A stretch of DNA of 64,000 nucleotides from an uncultured Phycisphaerales bacterium (GTDB taxonomy: Bacteria > Planctomycetota > Phycisphaerae > Tepidisphaerales > Tepidisphaeraceae), in contig CAVWVQ010000003.1 in NCBI GenBank assembly GCA_963758525.1, positions 896,001-960,000 on the forward strand. The letters are read 5' to 3'. The stretch's first letter is position 1; the number at the start of each line of letters is the position of its first letter. The notes under the pieces are model-generated. The model ran no database searches. It worked only from the letters and a program-made list of their open reading frames with translations, and was not told where the DNA came from. Below are positions 20,174 to 32,230 of the stretch, in pieces. Made by a program: the position numbers and the translations under genes.

Positions 20174-23041
20174 ATGGATCGTTTCGACTTTGTGAACCGC
20201 GCCAACGCGGATTACATGGAGCGGCTCTACGAGCAGTATCAGCGGGATCCGCGCACGCTCGATCAGTCCTGGCAAGCGTACTTCGCCGGATTCGAAAGTG
20301 CCGGTGGCCGCCGCCCCACCGATGAGCATGCCGCGCCGATCACCTTCGGGCTGCACAACCTCGTTCACACGTATCGCGAACTGGGACACTTCGTTGCCCA
20401 GCTCGATCCGCTGGGGCACGATCGCCCGAGCAATCCGTTGCTGGAATTATCCCAGTTCGGCATCAGCACCGACAGCCTCGACGAAGTCGTCGGCCGGGCG
20501 GACTTTTACGGGCCGACCAATGGCACCGTCCGCGATCTGATCGAAAAGCTCCGCGACACGTATTGTCGAACCATCGGTGTGGAGTATCAGGACATCTCCG
20601 ACAAGACCCAGCGCGAATGGCTCGCGCTGCGAATGGAGCCGATCCTCAATCGTCCGCAATTCTCTGCAGAAGAATCGCGGGCGATTTTGTTTCAGCTCGT
20701 TGCCGCGGAGGAATTCGAACAATTCCTTCACAAAAAGTTCGTCGGCGCCAAGCGGTTCAGCCTTGAGGGGGCGGAATCACTGATTGCGCTGCTCAACACG
20801 ATGGTCGATGACGGAGCAAAGCTGAAGGTCGACGAGGTCTGCATCGGCATGTCGCATCGCGGCCGGCTCAACGTTTTGGCGCATGTGCTCAACAAGCCTT
20901 ATGAGGTTCTCTTCAGCGAGTTCATGGGAACGATCGTGGAGCAGACGTCCGAAGGCGACGGCGATGTCAAATACCACCTCGGCTATTCCAACGATCGCCC
21001 CGCCGGCGATCGGACCATTCACCTTGCACTGAGTCCCAATCCCAGCCACCTGGAGCTGATCGATCCGGTCGTGCAGGGAATCGTCAGGGCCAAGCAGAGC
21101 TATAAGGGAGACAAGGACCACGGGCGGGTGGTGCCGCTGTTAATTCACGGCGATGCGGCGTTTACCGGGCAGGGGATCGTCTCAGAAACCCTGAATCTCT
21201 CGGAGCTGGAAGGCTATCGCACCGGCGGGACCATTCACGTCATCGTGAACAACCAGATCGGCTTTACCGCGGTGCCGCGCGAGTGCCGCTTCACGCCGTA
21301 TCCCACTGACGTCGCGAAGATGATCACCGCGCCCATTTTCCATGTAAACGGGGATGACCCCGAGGCGGTGGTGCACGCGGCCCGCCTGGCGATCGCGTTC
21401 CGCGAGGAATTTCGCTGTGACGTGATGATCGACCTGTGGTGCTATCGCCGGTATGGGCACAATGAAACGGACGAGCCGAGTTTCACCCAGCCCGTCATGT
21501 ATCGGGAAATTGCGGCGCACAAGTCCGTGCGCGAGCTCTACTCGGAGCGCCTCATTCGCGAAGGGAAGCTGACCGCCGAGTCAATCGAGCTGATGCGCAA
21601 GACCTGCCGCGAGCGCATGGAATCCGCGGCGAAGCTCGCCAGCGAGTTCCGCCCGCGCCAGCGGACCGCGGCAATGAATCCCCTCTGGAAGGGCTTTTCC
21701 TGCCATACCCACGGAGACTGGAGTGCCAAGACCGCGGTGCCGCGCGAAACGCTGACGCGGATCGCCGAGGGGACCTCGAAGCTGCCGGCGGATTTCACGA
21801 TCCATCCGAAGCTCAAAAAGGTGATGCAGAACCGCTTCGATGCGGTCAAGAGCGGCAAAGGGATCGACTGGGGCTGTGGCGAGATGCTTGCGCTGGGAAG
21901 CCTGCTGCTGGAAGGAACGCCGGTTCGGTTCACGGGCCAGGACGTGCAGCGCGGAACGTTCAGCCATCGCCACGCGGTCCTCCATGATTACAACAATGGC
22001 AAGACCTACACGCCTCTCTCGAATCTCGCGCCGGGTCAGGCGAAGCTGACGATCATCAACACGATGCTTTCCGAATTGGCGGTCCTGGGCTTTGAATACG
22101 GGTTCAGCTCGGGCGATCCGCGCAATCTGGTGATGTGGGAAGCACAGTTCGGCGACTTCGTCAACGGCGCGCAACCCATCATCGACCAGATGATCGCCGC
22201 CGCCGAGAGCAAATGGCGGCTCTCGAACGGCCTCGTATTGCTCCTCCCGCACGGCTTTGAAGGGGCTGGCCCGGAGCACAGCAACGCCTACATGAATCGT
22301 TTCCTCACGCTCTGCGCCGAGGAGAACATGCAGGTCTGCGTGCCGAGCAATCCCGCCCAGTATTTCCACCTGCTGCGACGCCAGATTCATCGCAAGTTCC
22401 GCAAGCCTCTGGTGCTGATGATGCCCAAGTTCCTGCTGCGGTACGAGCCGGCGATGTCCCGCATCGAAGAGTTTGCCGAGGGCTCGGCATTTCAACCGGT
22501 GATCGACGATCCGACGGCCCCGGAACGCGACAGCGTAAATCGGGTGCTCTTTTGCTGCGGCAAAATCTACTATTTCCTCGACGACCGCCGGCGAAAGGAA
22601 AAACTCAAGGGCGTGGCAATCGTGCGGGTCGAGCAGTTGTATCCCTTCCCGAAAAAGGAGATTCAGAACCTGCTGGCGCGCTATCGCAAGGCACGCGACA
22701 TCTGCTGGGTGCAGGACGAGCCGCGCAACCGCGGGGCGTGGAACTACATGCACGAACTTCTCCACGAGATGCTTCCCGATCCGGCGGTGCTGAACTATCA
22801 CGGGCGCGACGCGGCGGCGAGTCCCGCGACCGGCTCTCACAAGATGCACGAGATCGAATCGGAAGAAATCATCTGCCACGCACTCGAGCTGCCGTGCAAG
22901 CCTTCCGATTCGGTTGCGGCTTCGCCCGCCGCGGGATCAGGCGAAGCCGCCCCTCAGACGCCCGAACCCGTATCGACAAAGACCACTGCGGCCGTTGCCG
23001 CGTCCGCGGAAACGCAGCCGGAGGAAGCCAAGAAATCCTGA
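20174..23041 (+). CDS. sucA: 2-oxoglutarate dehydrogenase E1
   Basis: KRFSLEG, GMSHRGRLN, GDVKYHLG, HGDAAF, GQDVQRGTFSHRH, WEAQFGDF. TG-A-TATAAT at 20103-20111 upstream. Confidence 0.97.
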   Translation: MDRFDFVNRANADYMERLYEQYQRDPRTLDQSWQAYFAGFESAGGRRPTDEHAAPITFGLHNLVHTYRELGHFVAQLDPLGHDRPSNPLLELSQFGISTDSLDEVVGRADFYGPTNGTVRDLIEKLRDTYCRTIGVEYQDISDKTQREWLALRMEPILNRPQFSAEESRAILFQLVAAEEFEQFLHKKFVGAKRFSLEGAESLIALLNTMVDDGAKLKVDEVCIGMSHRGRLNVLAHVLNKPYEVLFSEFMGTIVEQTSEGDGDVKYHLGYSNDRPAGDRTIHLALSPNPSHLELIDPVVQGIVRAKQSYKGDKDHGRVVPLLIHGDAAFTGQGIVSETLNLSELEGYRTGGTIHVIVNNQIGFTAVPRECRFTPYPTDVAKMITAPIFHVNGDDPEAVVHAARLAIAFREEFRCDVMIDLWCYRRYGHNETDEPSFTQPVMYREIAAHKSVRELYSERLIREGKLTAESIELMRKTCRERMESAAKLASEFRPRQRTAAMNPLWKGFSCHTHGDWSAKTAVPRETLTRIAEGTSKLPADFTIHPKLKKVMQNRFDAVKSGKGIDWGCGEMLALGSLLLEGTPVRFTGQDVQRGTFSHRHAVLHDYNNGKTYTPLSNLAPGQAKLTIINTMLSELAVLGFEYGFSSGDPRNLVMWEAQFGDFVNGAQPIIDQMIAAAESKWRLSNGLVLLLPHGFEGAGPEHSNAYMNRFLTLCAEENMQVCVPSNPAQYFHLLRRQIHRKFRKPLVLMMPKFLLRYEPAMSRIEEFAEGSAFQPVIDDPTAPERDSVNRVLFCCGKIYYFLDDRRRKEKLKGVAIVRVEQLYPFPKKEIQNLLARYRKARDICWVQDEPRNRGAWNYMHELLHEMLPDPAVLNYHGRDAAASPATGSHKMHEIESEEIICHALELPCKPSDSVAASPAAGSGEAAPQTPEPVSTKTTAAVAASAETQPEEAKKS

Positions 23042-23094
23042 ACGCCGGCAGGCCTCCTCCATCCACGCACCCTTTGTTCCGAAAGAATTTCCCG

Positions 23095-24362
<1,268 letters not shown>

Positions 24363-24703
24363 AGCTGGTCATTGGAACGTGGAACGTGACAGGATTAGGC
24401 CGACCTTCGTGTCCGATTCGTATCTTGGTGCGCATCGAGCTCTCCTGATGGCGCTCTTCCGGGTAGATAGGGCGGGATGAATCCCGCCCTCCTTCGCGGG
24501 ACGGAAACCCATAGCGCTGCGTCGGCGCATTGTTCATGACAACAGCGGCACTGTTCGAGGAATCTGAGAGCCAAACTCAGTTTCGTCATTCGTGCTTCGG
24601 ATTTCGGGTTTGATTCTAATTTCGGGTTTCGTCATTCGGGCTTCCGCGGCGCAGCTTGGATTTCCGCTCCGCAAACGCCTTCCACCACCCGGCGGCCCCT
24701 CCC

Positions 24704-24731
24704 TTGTAAACGTCACATTAACGCCTATAAT
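24704..24731 (+). promoter_or_regulatory. Sigma70-type promoter for the ncRNA/uORF/rny unit
   Basis: TTGTAA (24704-24709), 16 nt, TATAAT (24726-24731). Confidence 0.65.
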
Positions 24732-24737
24732 CGGTTG

Positions 24738-24903
24738 ACGTTGAAGCGATTGCGTTCTCCCTAAGGAAAATGGAACCGCTTCAAACCCGCCGGCGTTCGC
24801 GGATCGCTGGCGGTGTGCAGGCCTCGATGTAATCGCTGCGGATCATGGGTTTTTGAACGCTTCTCCAACGGGAAGCAAGCCGCCGCGATTTCGATACGAA
24901 CGT
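24738..24903 (+). ncRNA. ssrS: Candidate 6S RNA
   Basis: Starts ~7 nt after TATAAT. Nested complementarity ACGTT/AACGT, TTGAA/TTCGA, TTGC..TTC.CCC/GGGAAGCAA, TTCAAA-CCC/GGG-TTTTTGAA gives a ~165-nt rod with a central bubble; lies upstream of rny. Confidence 0.6.
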
Positions 24904-24925
24904 GGTTTTCCCGGAGTACCCTACC

Positions 24926-25189
24926 GTGCAAACAGCAATCATGGGAATCTTCAATAGCCTGGCGCTGCTGACGATTGCCCTTCTGCTGCGGGCAGGATTG
25001 ATCGCCGTTCGGCGCTTCGCCGGACGAACAACGCTGACGGTTCCCGTCCGCGTCGCAGCGAGCCATTCCTGCCATCGCGCACGGGTCCGGCCGACGGCAT
25101 TCGACGCCGACGGCCTCTCGTTGCGGGCTCCGCCCACACTCCCGGCGCAACGGCGCCGCGTCAATCCCGGGATCCCCGGGCCAAGCTGA
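24926..25189 (+). CDS. Small uORF with N-terminal hydrophobic segment and RAPP motif (candidate ribosome-arrest peptide)
   Basis: GGAG 24913-24916, GTG 24926; MQTAIMGIFNSLALLTIALLLRAGLIAVRRF...GLSLRAPPTLP...; RAPP codons at 25124-25135. Confidence 0.55.
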   Translation: MQTAIMGIFNSLALLTIALLLRAGLIAVRRFAGRTTLTVPVRVAASHSCHRARVRPTAFDADGLSLRAPPTLPAQRRRVNPGIPGPS

Positions 25190-25333
25190 CGAGAGTGACG
25201 CGGGCGCATTCGGCGCACCGTGCGTTCGATCACATCCAGACGTCCCTGCCTGTTGTCATCCGCGCGAACGATGCGAACGGCCCTGCCGTTGGCAATGACG
25301 TGTTGGAGCGCCGTCAAGACGGCGGGAGCGCAC

Positions 25334-26893
25334 ATGTTCGGATATCTCGTCGGCGGAATTCTCATTGGCTTGATCATCGGCGGCGGCGGCCTGTTCGCGC
25401 TGCTGCAACTCTCCGGCCGCAACTACATGGCGCAGGCTCGCGCCGATGCCGAGAAGCTTCGGCAAAACGTCGCGGCCGAGGCACAAAACCGCGCCAAGGA
25501 AATTGAGCTGTCGGCCCAGCAGGATCTGCTCAAGCGCAAGGAACTGTTCGAGCGCGAAAATGACGCCGCCCGGCGCAAGCTTGAAGAACACGATAACCGG
25601 CTCTCCAAACGCGAAGACACACTCGACCGCAAGCTCGACACCCTCGGCGTGAAAGAGCATCAACTTGAAGATCTGGAGAAAAAGCTCATCCAGCGCGACA
25701 AGTCGATGGCGGGGAAGGAAGAGCAGCTCACCGCTGTGTTGCGCGAGCAGCGCGACCGCCTGCTGCAGCTCACCGGCATGTCCCCCGAAGCGGCAAAGGA
25801 AATGCTGCTTCGGCGCATCGAAGATGAATGCAAACAGGAAGCCGGGGGCGTGATCCAGCGCATCACCGAGCAGGCCCAGGAGCAGGCCAAGGAAAAGAGC
25901 CGGATGATCGTGCTCCAGGCGATTCAGCGCTACGCCGCCGAGCAGACCAGCGATCACACCGTCAGCACGGTGGTGATCCCCAGCGACGACATGAAGGGCC
26001 GCGTCATCGGCCGCGAGGGCCGCAACATCCGCAGCTTCGAAAAAGCGACCGGTGTTGACGTCATCATCGACGACACCCCGGGAATGGTCGTCGTCAGTTG
26101 CTTCGATCCGGTCCGCCGGGAGATTGCCCGCATGTCTCTCGAACGGCTCGTGCAGGATGGCCGGATTCACCCGGCCCGCATCGAGGAAATTGTCGTCGCC
26201 ACCAGCAAGGAAATGGACGAAGAGCTGCTCAAGATCGGACGCGAAGCCGTTCAGGAGGCAAACCTGCCCGGCATCGCAAAGCCGATCATTCCCATGCTCG
26301 GCCGGCTCGGATTCCGCACCAGCTACGGGCAAAACGTTTTGCGCCACTCGATGGAAGTCGCGTATCTCGCACAGGTGATGGCCGACGAACTCGGACTCGA
26401 CGGCGCGCTCGCCCGCCGATGCGGCCTGCTCCACGACATTGGCAAGGCAATGGACCACGAAGTGGAAGGCGGCCACCCGCAAATCGGCATGGAATTCCTC
26501 CGCAAGTTCAACGAGAGCGAAGCAGTGCTGAATGCCGCCCTCGCCCACCATGGCGACGTTCCCGCGACAACTCCCTATACGCCCCTGATCATGGCCGCCG
26601 ACGCCATCAGCGCCAGCCGTCCCGGCGCTCGGCGCGAGAGCCTCGAACGGTACGTCACGCGTCTGCGCGAGTTGGAGGATCTCGCCACAAGCTTCGAAGG
26701 CGTCCGCCAGGCGTATGCGATCCAAGCCGGCCGCGAAGTGCGCGTGATCGTTGACGCGAAGCTCGTGGATGACAAGATCAGCGCCAAGCTCGCGCGTGAC
26801 ATCGCCAAGCGCATCGAGACGGAGATGACCTATCCTGGGGAAGTGAAGGTAACCGTGATGCGCGAGGTGCGGACGGTGGAGTATGCGCGGTAA
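25334..26893 (+). CDS. rny: Ribonuclease Y
   Basis: N-terminal TM, coiled coil, KH ([14 protein letters not shown]), HD (LLHDIGKA), [23 protein letters not shown]. Confidence 0.97.
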   Translation: MFGYLVGGILIGLIIGGGGLFALLQLSGRNYMAQARADAEKLRQNVAAEAQNRAKEIELSAQQDLLKRKELFERENDAARRKLEEHDNRLSKREDTLDRKLDTLGVKEHQLEDLEKKLIQRDKSMAGKEEQLTAVLREQRDRLLQLTGMSPEAAKEMLLRRIEDECKQEAGGVIQRITEQAQEQAKEKSRMIVLQAIQRYAAEQTSDHTVSTVVIPSDDMKGRVIGREGRNIRSFEKATGVDVIIDDTPGMVVVSCFDPVRREIARMSLERLVQDGRIHPARIEEIVVATSKEMDEELLKIGREAVQEANLPGIAKPIIPMLGRLGFRTSYGQNVLRHSMEVAYLAQVMADELGLDGALARRCGLLHDIGKAMDHEVEGGHPQIGMEFLRKFNESEAVLNAALAHHGDVPATTPYTPLIMAADAISASRPGARRESLERYVTRLRELEDLATSFEGVRQAYAIQAGREVRVIVDAKLVDDKISAKLARDIAKRIETEMTYPGEVKVTVMREVRTVEYAR

Positions 26894-27044
26894 TTCAGAT
26901 GAGAGACGACCAAAGCGCATTCGGCTGAAAGCAAACTTGCGCCACGGCTTCTGCACCAGCCGGTTTTGACGATTGCGGCGAATTTGCCCGCCGGACTTGC
27001 CGCTTCAGCGGCGAGGGCTCCGCGAGATTCAATTGGAGTGGGGA

Positions 27045-27848
27045 TCATGCACCAGCGCCAGCCGGCAAGTGAGCGGCCCAAGCGGCGCTGTCGCCCTGAA
27101 GCGGGGGAACGGGCGGTTTGCTGTAATCCAATTCCAGCTCGTAGCTCGCTCGCTTGTAAACCGTCGCCAGCGCCGCTTGCAGGTCCAACCGTGTGTCGGG
27201 GTCTTCTTTGCGGAGTGGAATGAAGATCTGCGGCAATCGCTGCCGAAGACGGATGGGCCAAATCCAGGCGCGTCGCGATTCGGGAACACGCTTGCTCACG
27301 CGCACGGCATAGTCGTGAGCCGGCATGCTGTCGCGCGCGAATACCCAGGCGCCCGCCCGAAGCAGATCGATTTCGACAAGATGGCTGTCCGAGTCAATCA
27401 CTTCCTGTCGCTTTTGAAGATAATTGGCGCGACCCGCGGCGCCGACCGTCTTGTTGGCGGGACTGATCACTTCAATCACTGCGACGATGGATCGGTCATC
27501 CTGCAAAAGGATATTCAGCCGAGCCTCCCGCACAGCCTCTTCGAGCTCCACCTGCACCTCGATCGGATCCGCGCATTCGAGCACGCCAACTGAGCTCTCC
27601 TCGGCCGGCTTTAATGTGCCGCCGGAGCGCTTGGACGCGGACACCACATGCACACCGCGAATTCGTTGCAACCGCGTCTCATCGTCCCGCCCCGCCGTAT
27701 AAATGCGCTCTTCCACCCGGACGAGGTATTTCGGCGAGAGCCGATCCTGCAGAAGCTCGCTCGTCACCGTGATCAGCCGATGATGCACGTCCGGCCACAG
27801 GCCAGGCTCTTCCAGATAAGGATCCATTCCGGGAAAGGGTGACGGCAT
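27045..27848 (-). CDS. DUF4058-family (PD-(D/E)XK-like) protein
   Basis: MPSPFPGMDPYLE...W.DVH, VIEVISPANK, HLVEIDLLRAG, IPLR..DPD..LDLQ. Confidence 0.88.
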   Translation of the reverse strand: MPSPFPGMDPYLEEPGLWPDVHHRLITVTSELLQDRLSPKYLVRVEERIYTAGRDDETRLQRIRGVHVVSASKRSGGTLKPAEESSVGVLECADPIEVQVELEEAVREARLNILLQDDRSIVAVIEVISPANKTVGAAGRANYLQKRQEVIDSDSHLVEIDLLRAGAWVFARDSMPAHDYAVRVSKRVPESRRAWIWPIRLRQRLPQIFIPLRKEDPDTRLDLQAALATVYKRASYELELDYSKPPVPPLQGDSAAWAAHLPAGAGA

Positions 27849-27890
27849 AGGTACGCACGCAGACCGCGACAAGGATCGCTTGTAGTATAG

Positions 27891-29650
27891 TCAGGTTCCC
27901 GCAGGCTCGCACTCCCCCGCCAACGCCTCCAATTGCTCGATCGTCTTAAACGAAGGAGCGCGATCGTCCAGCCAGCGGCAGGTGCGCTGAATCTGCTCGT
28001 GCGCCAGACGCGTGAAACGATCGGCAATGCGCTGATTCGCGGAGCGCGTCCGGCCGGAAACTTCGTTGCTCAATTTTTCCGTGAGCCACGTCGCAATCGA
28101 GTAGCCGCCGAGAACCAGCAGGTCCATTCCGAAGAAGGTGTGATGCACCACCAGTGCAAGCGTCAGAAGATAGGGGGCCGCCTCGGTCAGCCGGGTAAGC
28201 TGCTTGCCGCCCGGCAGGTGCTTGAGCAGGGCCATAACGATTCGCGTGTCGCGCGGGGTGGCGTCCCACCGTTTGTCGAGCCAGCCGCGAAGATCGGAAA
28301 TTTCCTCTGCGGCGATCTTGCCCGCCTCTGCGGGATCAAATCGCTCGCGAGCATACGCGGCCCCTTCAACAGGATCCGCCAGCCACTGCGCCGCCGACGG
28401 ACTGCCCCGCAGTGCATCGTCGATCCGGCTCTGCACAACCGCGAATTGATCGCAGAGAATCGCCCGAAAGTCCGGCGGCTGCTGCGCCTTCCCGCCCTCG
28501 AGCGGAGCAAACGCGCTGGCGGACACTTCGCCCGTGCGAAAATAATCCCACGCCACCCGCGGAACGCGGGCCAGCAGCCCCGGCGCTGGCGCAGCCGATC
28601 GATCATCCGCTGCGGGCCCATGAGATAGAGAATGCTCCGCTGCTGCAGACGCTGGCGAAGCTGTTGCGTAATCGGATTCACATCCACCCCGGGCGGCACC
28701 GTCTCCATCGCACGCAGCACCGCGCACAGACGATCGGCAATCAGCCGGCGCTCGCGCAACGGCGCGATAATCTGATCGTTCAATCGCCCGACAATGTCGT
28801 TCAAACGCGCAGAGACGCCGCGGGCGAGTGCATCATCCCCCGGCGCTGATACCCGCGACACCGCATCCCGCAACGCCGCAAGATTCGCGTCTCTCGGTGG
28901 TTCGTATCCGGCATCATCCCGCGGAACAGCAAAGACGCCAGCAAGCCGTTCCGTGTCCGGCGTGGCTTGCCCCTTCGCATCAGCGCCAGCAAGCTGCCGC
29001 GCATAATCATCCACCGCCGCCTGACTCTCCGCCTTGTTCATCACAAACAATCGCGGCAACTCATATCGCTCTGCCAGCCGGTAGTACGGCAGCAACTCGG
29101 TCATCTGATATTTCTCCGGGGTCACCAGAAAAAGCGCCGCCTGCACCCAGCGAAAAACACGATCCGCCTCGGCATGATGTGCCGGCTGATCGCCATCCAG
29201 ATCAGGCGTATCGATCAGCGTGACACGCGACGTCACATCGCCCGATACCGCCGCGACAAGAAGCGACCCCGGCTTTCCGCGCAGCGGAAACTCCGCCGAC
29301 GCCGTGGTGACGTGCTCAACTCCCAGCCAATCTTCCGGCAGCGCGTCCGCGGAGCCCGCGATCGCGATCGCGCCGGTGGTGAACGTACGACGGAAACTGG
29401 CCGCCGTCAGATTTTGGCCGAGCAGTCGATTAACCAGCGTGCTCTTCCCGGTCCCGGTGCCTCCAAAGATGCCCAAGATTAAATTCCCCGGCTGATTTCT
29501 CGCTTGCAAGTGATAGACGACCGCTGCCGCATCCGCCCGCCATCGGTCGATGGCCAAGCGCAGCGGCCCGCCAATGCGCGACGCCAACGGGACGAGTAAT
29601 TCTCCAATCCGAGACAACACAATTTCCCGGCGATGGAAGCGATCGGACAT
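27891..29650 (-). CDS. Dynamin/Era-like P-loop GTPase with C-terminal helical/membrane region, frameshifted near 28585
   Basis: GGTGTGKST, DTPD, NKAE in ORF 28187..29650. C-terminus (APGLLARVPR...hydrophobic hairpin) in ORF 27891..28727. Confidence 0.8.
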
Positions 29651-29674
29651 GCAGCGAAGAATAGCACAAGAAGA

Positions 29675-31041
29675 AGTCAGGAGTCAGGAGTCAGGAGTCG
29701 GAAGTCAGTGTCCCGAGTTAAAGGATCCAGTTCATAACCCATTCGCGTCTCCCGAATCTGCTCTTGCTTCTCCCTTCTGACTTCTGGCTCCTTGCTTCTG
29801 ACTCCTTTAATCTGGGAGTCAGGAGCCAGGAGTCAGGAGCCAGGGGTCAGTGTCCCGAGTTAAAGGATCCAGTTCATAACCCATTCGCGTCTCCCGAATC
29901 TGCTCTTGCTTCTCCCTTCTGACTTCTGGCTCCTTGCTTCTGACTCCTTTAATCTGGGAGTCAGGAGCCAGGAGCCAGTGTCCCGAGTTAAAGGATCCAG
30001 TTCATAACCCATTCGCGTCTCCCGAATCTGCTCTTGCCTCTCCCTTCTGACTTCTGGCTCCTTGCTTCTGACTCCTTCCCCGATTCCCCTTCTGACTTCT
30101 GGCTCCTTGCTTCTGACTCCTTCCCCGATTCCCCTTCTGACTTCTGGCTCCTTGCTTCTGACTCCTTCCCCGATTCCCCTTCTGACTCCTGGCTCCTTGC
30201 TTCTGACTCCTTCCCCGATTCCCCTTCTGACTTCTGGCTCCTTGCTTCTGACTCCTTCCCTGATTCCCCTTCTGACTTCTGGCTTCTTGCTTCTGACTCC
30301 TTCCCTGATTCCCCTTCTGACTTCTGGCTCCTTGCTTCTGACTCCTTCCCCGATTCCCCTTCTGACTTCTGGCTCCTTGCTTCTGACTCCTTCCCCGATT
30401 CCCCTTCTGACTTCTGGCTCCTTGCTTCTGACTCCTTCCCCGATCTCCCTTCTGACTTCTGGCTCCTTGCTTCTGACTCCTTCCCCGATTCTCCTTCTGA
30501 CTTCTGGCTCCTTGCTTCTGACTCCTTTAATCTGGGAGTCAGGAGCCAGGAGTCAGGAGCCAGTGGCTCCTTGCTTCTGACTCCTTCCCCGATTCCCCTT
30601 CTGACTTCTGGCTCCTTGCTTCTGACTCCTTCCCCGATTCCCCTTCTGACTTCTGGCTCCTTGCTTCTGACTCCTTCCCTGATTCCCCTTCTGACTTCTG
30701 GCTCCTTGCTTCTGACTCCTTCCCCGATCTCCCTTCTGACTTCTGGCTCCTTGCTTCTGACTCCTTCCCTGATCTCCCTTCTGACTTCTGGCTCCTTGCT
30801 TCTGACTCCTTCCCCGATTCCCCTTCTGACTTCTGGCTCCTTGCTTCTGACTCCTTCCCCGATTCCCCTTCTGACTTCTGGCTCCTTGCTACTGGCTCCT
30901 TCCCTGATTCCCCTTCTGACTTCTGGCTCCTTGCTTCTGACTCCTTCCCTGATTCCCCTTCTGACTTCTGGCTCCTTGCTTCTGACTCCTTCCCCGATTC
31001 CCCTTCTGACTTCTGGCTCCTTGCTTCTGACTCCTTCCCTG
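29675..31041. repeat. Higher-order tandem array: three ~130-140-bp units, then 11+11 copies of a 45-bp unit
   Basis: Unit CCTTCTGACTTCTGGCTCCTTGCTTCTGACTCCTTCCCCGATTCC, interrupted at ~30527-30563 by TAATCTGGGAGTCAGGAGCCAGG. The longer unit's TCCCGAGTTAAAGGATCC recurs at 29711, 29853 and 29981. No unique spacers. Confidence 0.95.
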
Positions 31042-31157
31042 AACCACTTCGTGCCTTCTTTCACCCACTTTTTTTGCCGACATTTGTGGAGTTCTTTGTT
31101 CACTGGAACAGGAGCACGTGCGTAAAATAAGCCGGTCGCCATCTTAAGGAGCCTTGC

Positions 31158-31661
31158 ATGACAGGTGCTGCTGATCACTCCGCGGTTCTTCCAAATGTCT
31201 CCGCTCAATCCGCAATGCGAATGGCCTGGGGTTGTTGGTTGTTTCTGCTGGTCTTGCCATTTCTGTATTTTATCTACGTGATTTGGACGCTGATGGGGGA
31301 GGAAACCAGCGGACCGCCGCCGCACTCCAGCCAGGGGTGGTTTCTGATGTCGATGATTTATCTGATCGTTGCTGTGCCGTTGTCGTTCTTTGGGCGCAGC
31401 AGGCTGTTCAAGGCATATTGGACCGGCAAGCCGGTGGAACCGAAGAAATACCTCGTGGGAATGCTCGCGATGTGGCTGACACTGGAAGTCGGCGGGCTGC
31501 TGGCGCTGACAGGATGCCTGGTGGATCACAAGCCGATGCCCAATCTTCTGCCCGCGCTGGTCGCCTTCATGTTCTTCACCACTCTCTGGCCCAGCGGCCG
31601 TGCGATGACCCGCACCACAGGCGACTCCGAAGACGCCGGAGTCTACGAGGAACCCAGGTGA
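31158..31661 (+). CDS. Hypothetical 4-TM membrane protein
   Basis: AAGGAG before ATG; four hydrophobic segments. Confidence 0.75.
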   Translation: MTGAADHSAVLPNVSAQSAMRMAWGCWLFLLVLPFLYFIYVIWTLMGEETSGPPPHSSQGWFLMSMIYLIVAVPLSFFGRSRLFKAYWTGKPVEPKKYLVGMLAMWLTLEVGGLLALTGCLVDHKPMPNLLPALVAFMFFTTLWPSGRAMTRTTGDSEDAGVYEEPR

Positions 31662-32200
31662 GAACGGCCGGAGAAGCCGATTCAACGATTCTCGCTCTAA
31701 CAGATTTACCACGCGCGATTCCACCTTGATTGTGAATCTCCCAAAGCCGCGGATCCTTCCCTGCGACATCGCGCGACAGATTTTGCAGCGCCGCATGTCG
31801 CATCCGCCGCGCAACTCCCCAACATGCCGCGGGATACGCTCCGGCCTGGCGCGACACGGCGCGCAACAGTTGCGCGCCGTTTGCTGAAAACGCGGTATCG
31901 CCACGCGCTTGCCATGCACGGCGAGCCTGCCCGCCGCCAAACAATATCCTCCCTTCCTCCCCTTCGTGCCTTCGTGCCTTCGTGCCTCTCCCCTGATCTA
32001 CCTTCCTCCCCTTCGCGGCGCAGCAAGGTCTCGGCGCGCCGGGGCTTGAATTGCCAACAGCGTCGCGCCGCCGTGCGGACCATTCCTCGACGGCGAACAC
32101 AATGCTTTACGACGCTCTCCACCGCCCATGGCGAACGTTCCATTCAACAAGTCTCTAACAGATTTCGCACATCGCAATCCACCTTGTTTGTCAATCTCCC

Positions 32201-32230
32201 AAAGCCAACGGATTGCCATCCGTTGGGTAT
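32201..32230. repeat. REP-like palindrome, left copy 1
   Basis: AAAG-CCAACGGAT-tgcc-ATCCGTTGG; other copies at 32591-32620 and, inverted, at ~39120-39151 and ~40662-40693. Confidence 0.8.

Noticed and set aside
25256..26956. Long antisense ORFs (566 aa opposite rny; also 42744..44870, 44597..46318, 13317..14537, 21581..22879)
   Set aside because: Shadow ORFs typical of high-GC codon bias opposite well-identified genes.
29675..31041. CRISPR array
   Set aside because: The units are head-to-tail with only point variation; there are no unique spacers and no cas genes in the window.
29988..31940. Long repetitive ORFs (650 aa minus; 363 aa and 172 aa plus) across the array
   Set aside because: They are open only because the 45-bp unit lacks stops in some frames; no credible starts, and the 650-aa ORF overlaps a real gene antisense. 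Translation is not strictly excluded.
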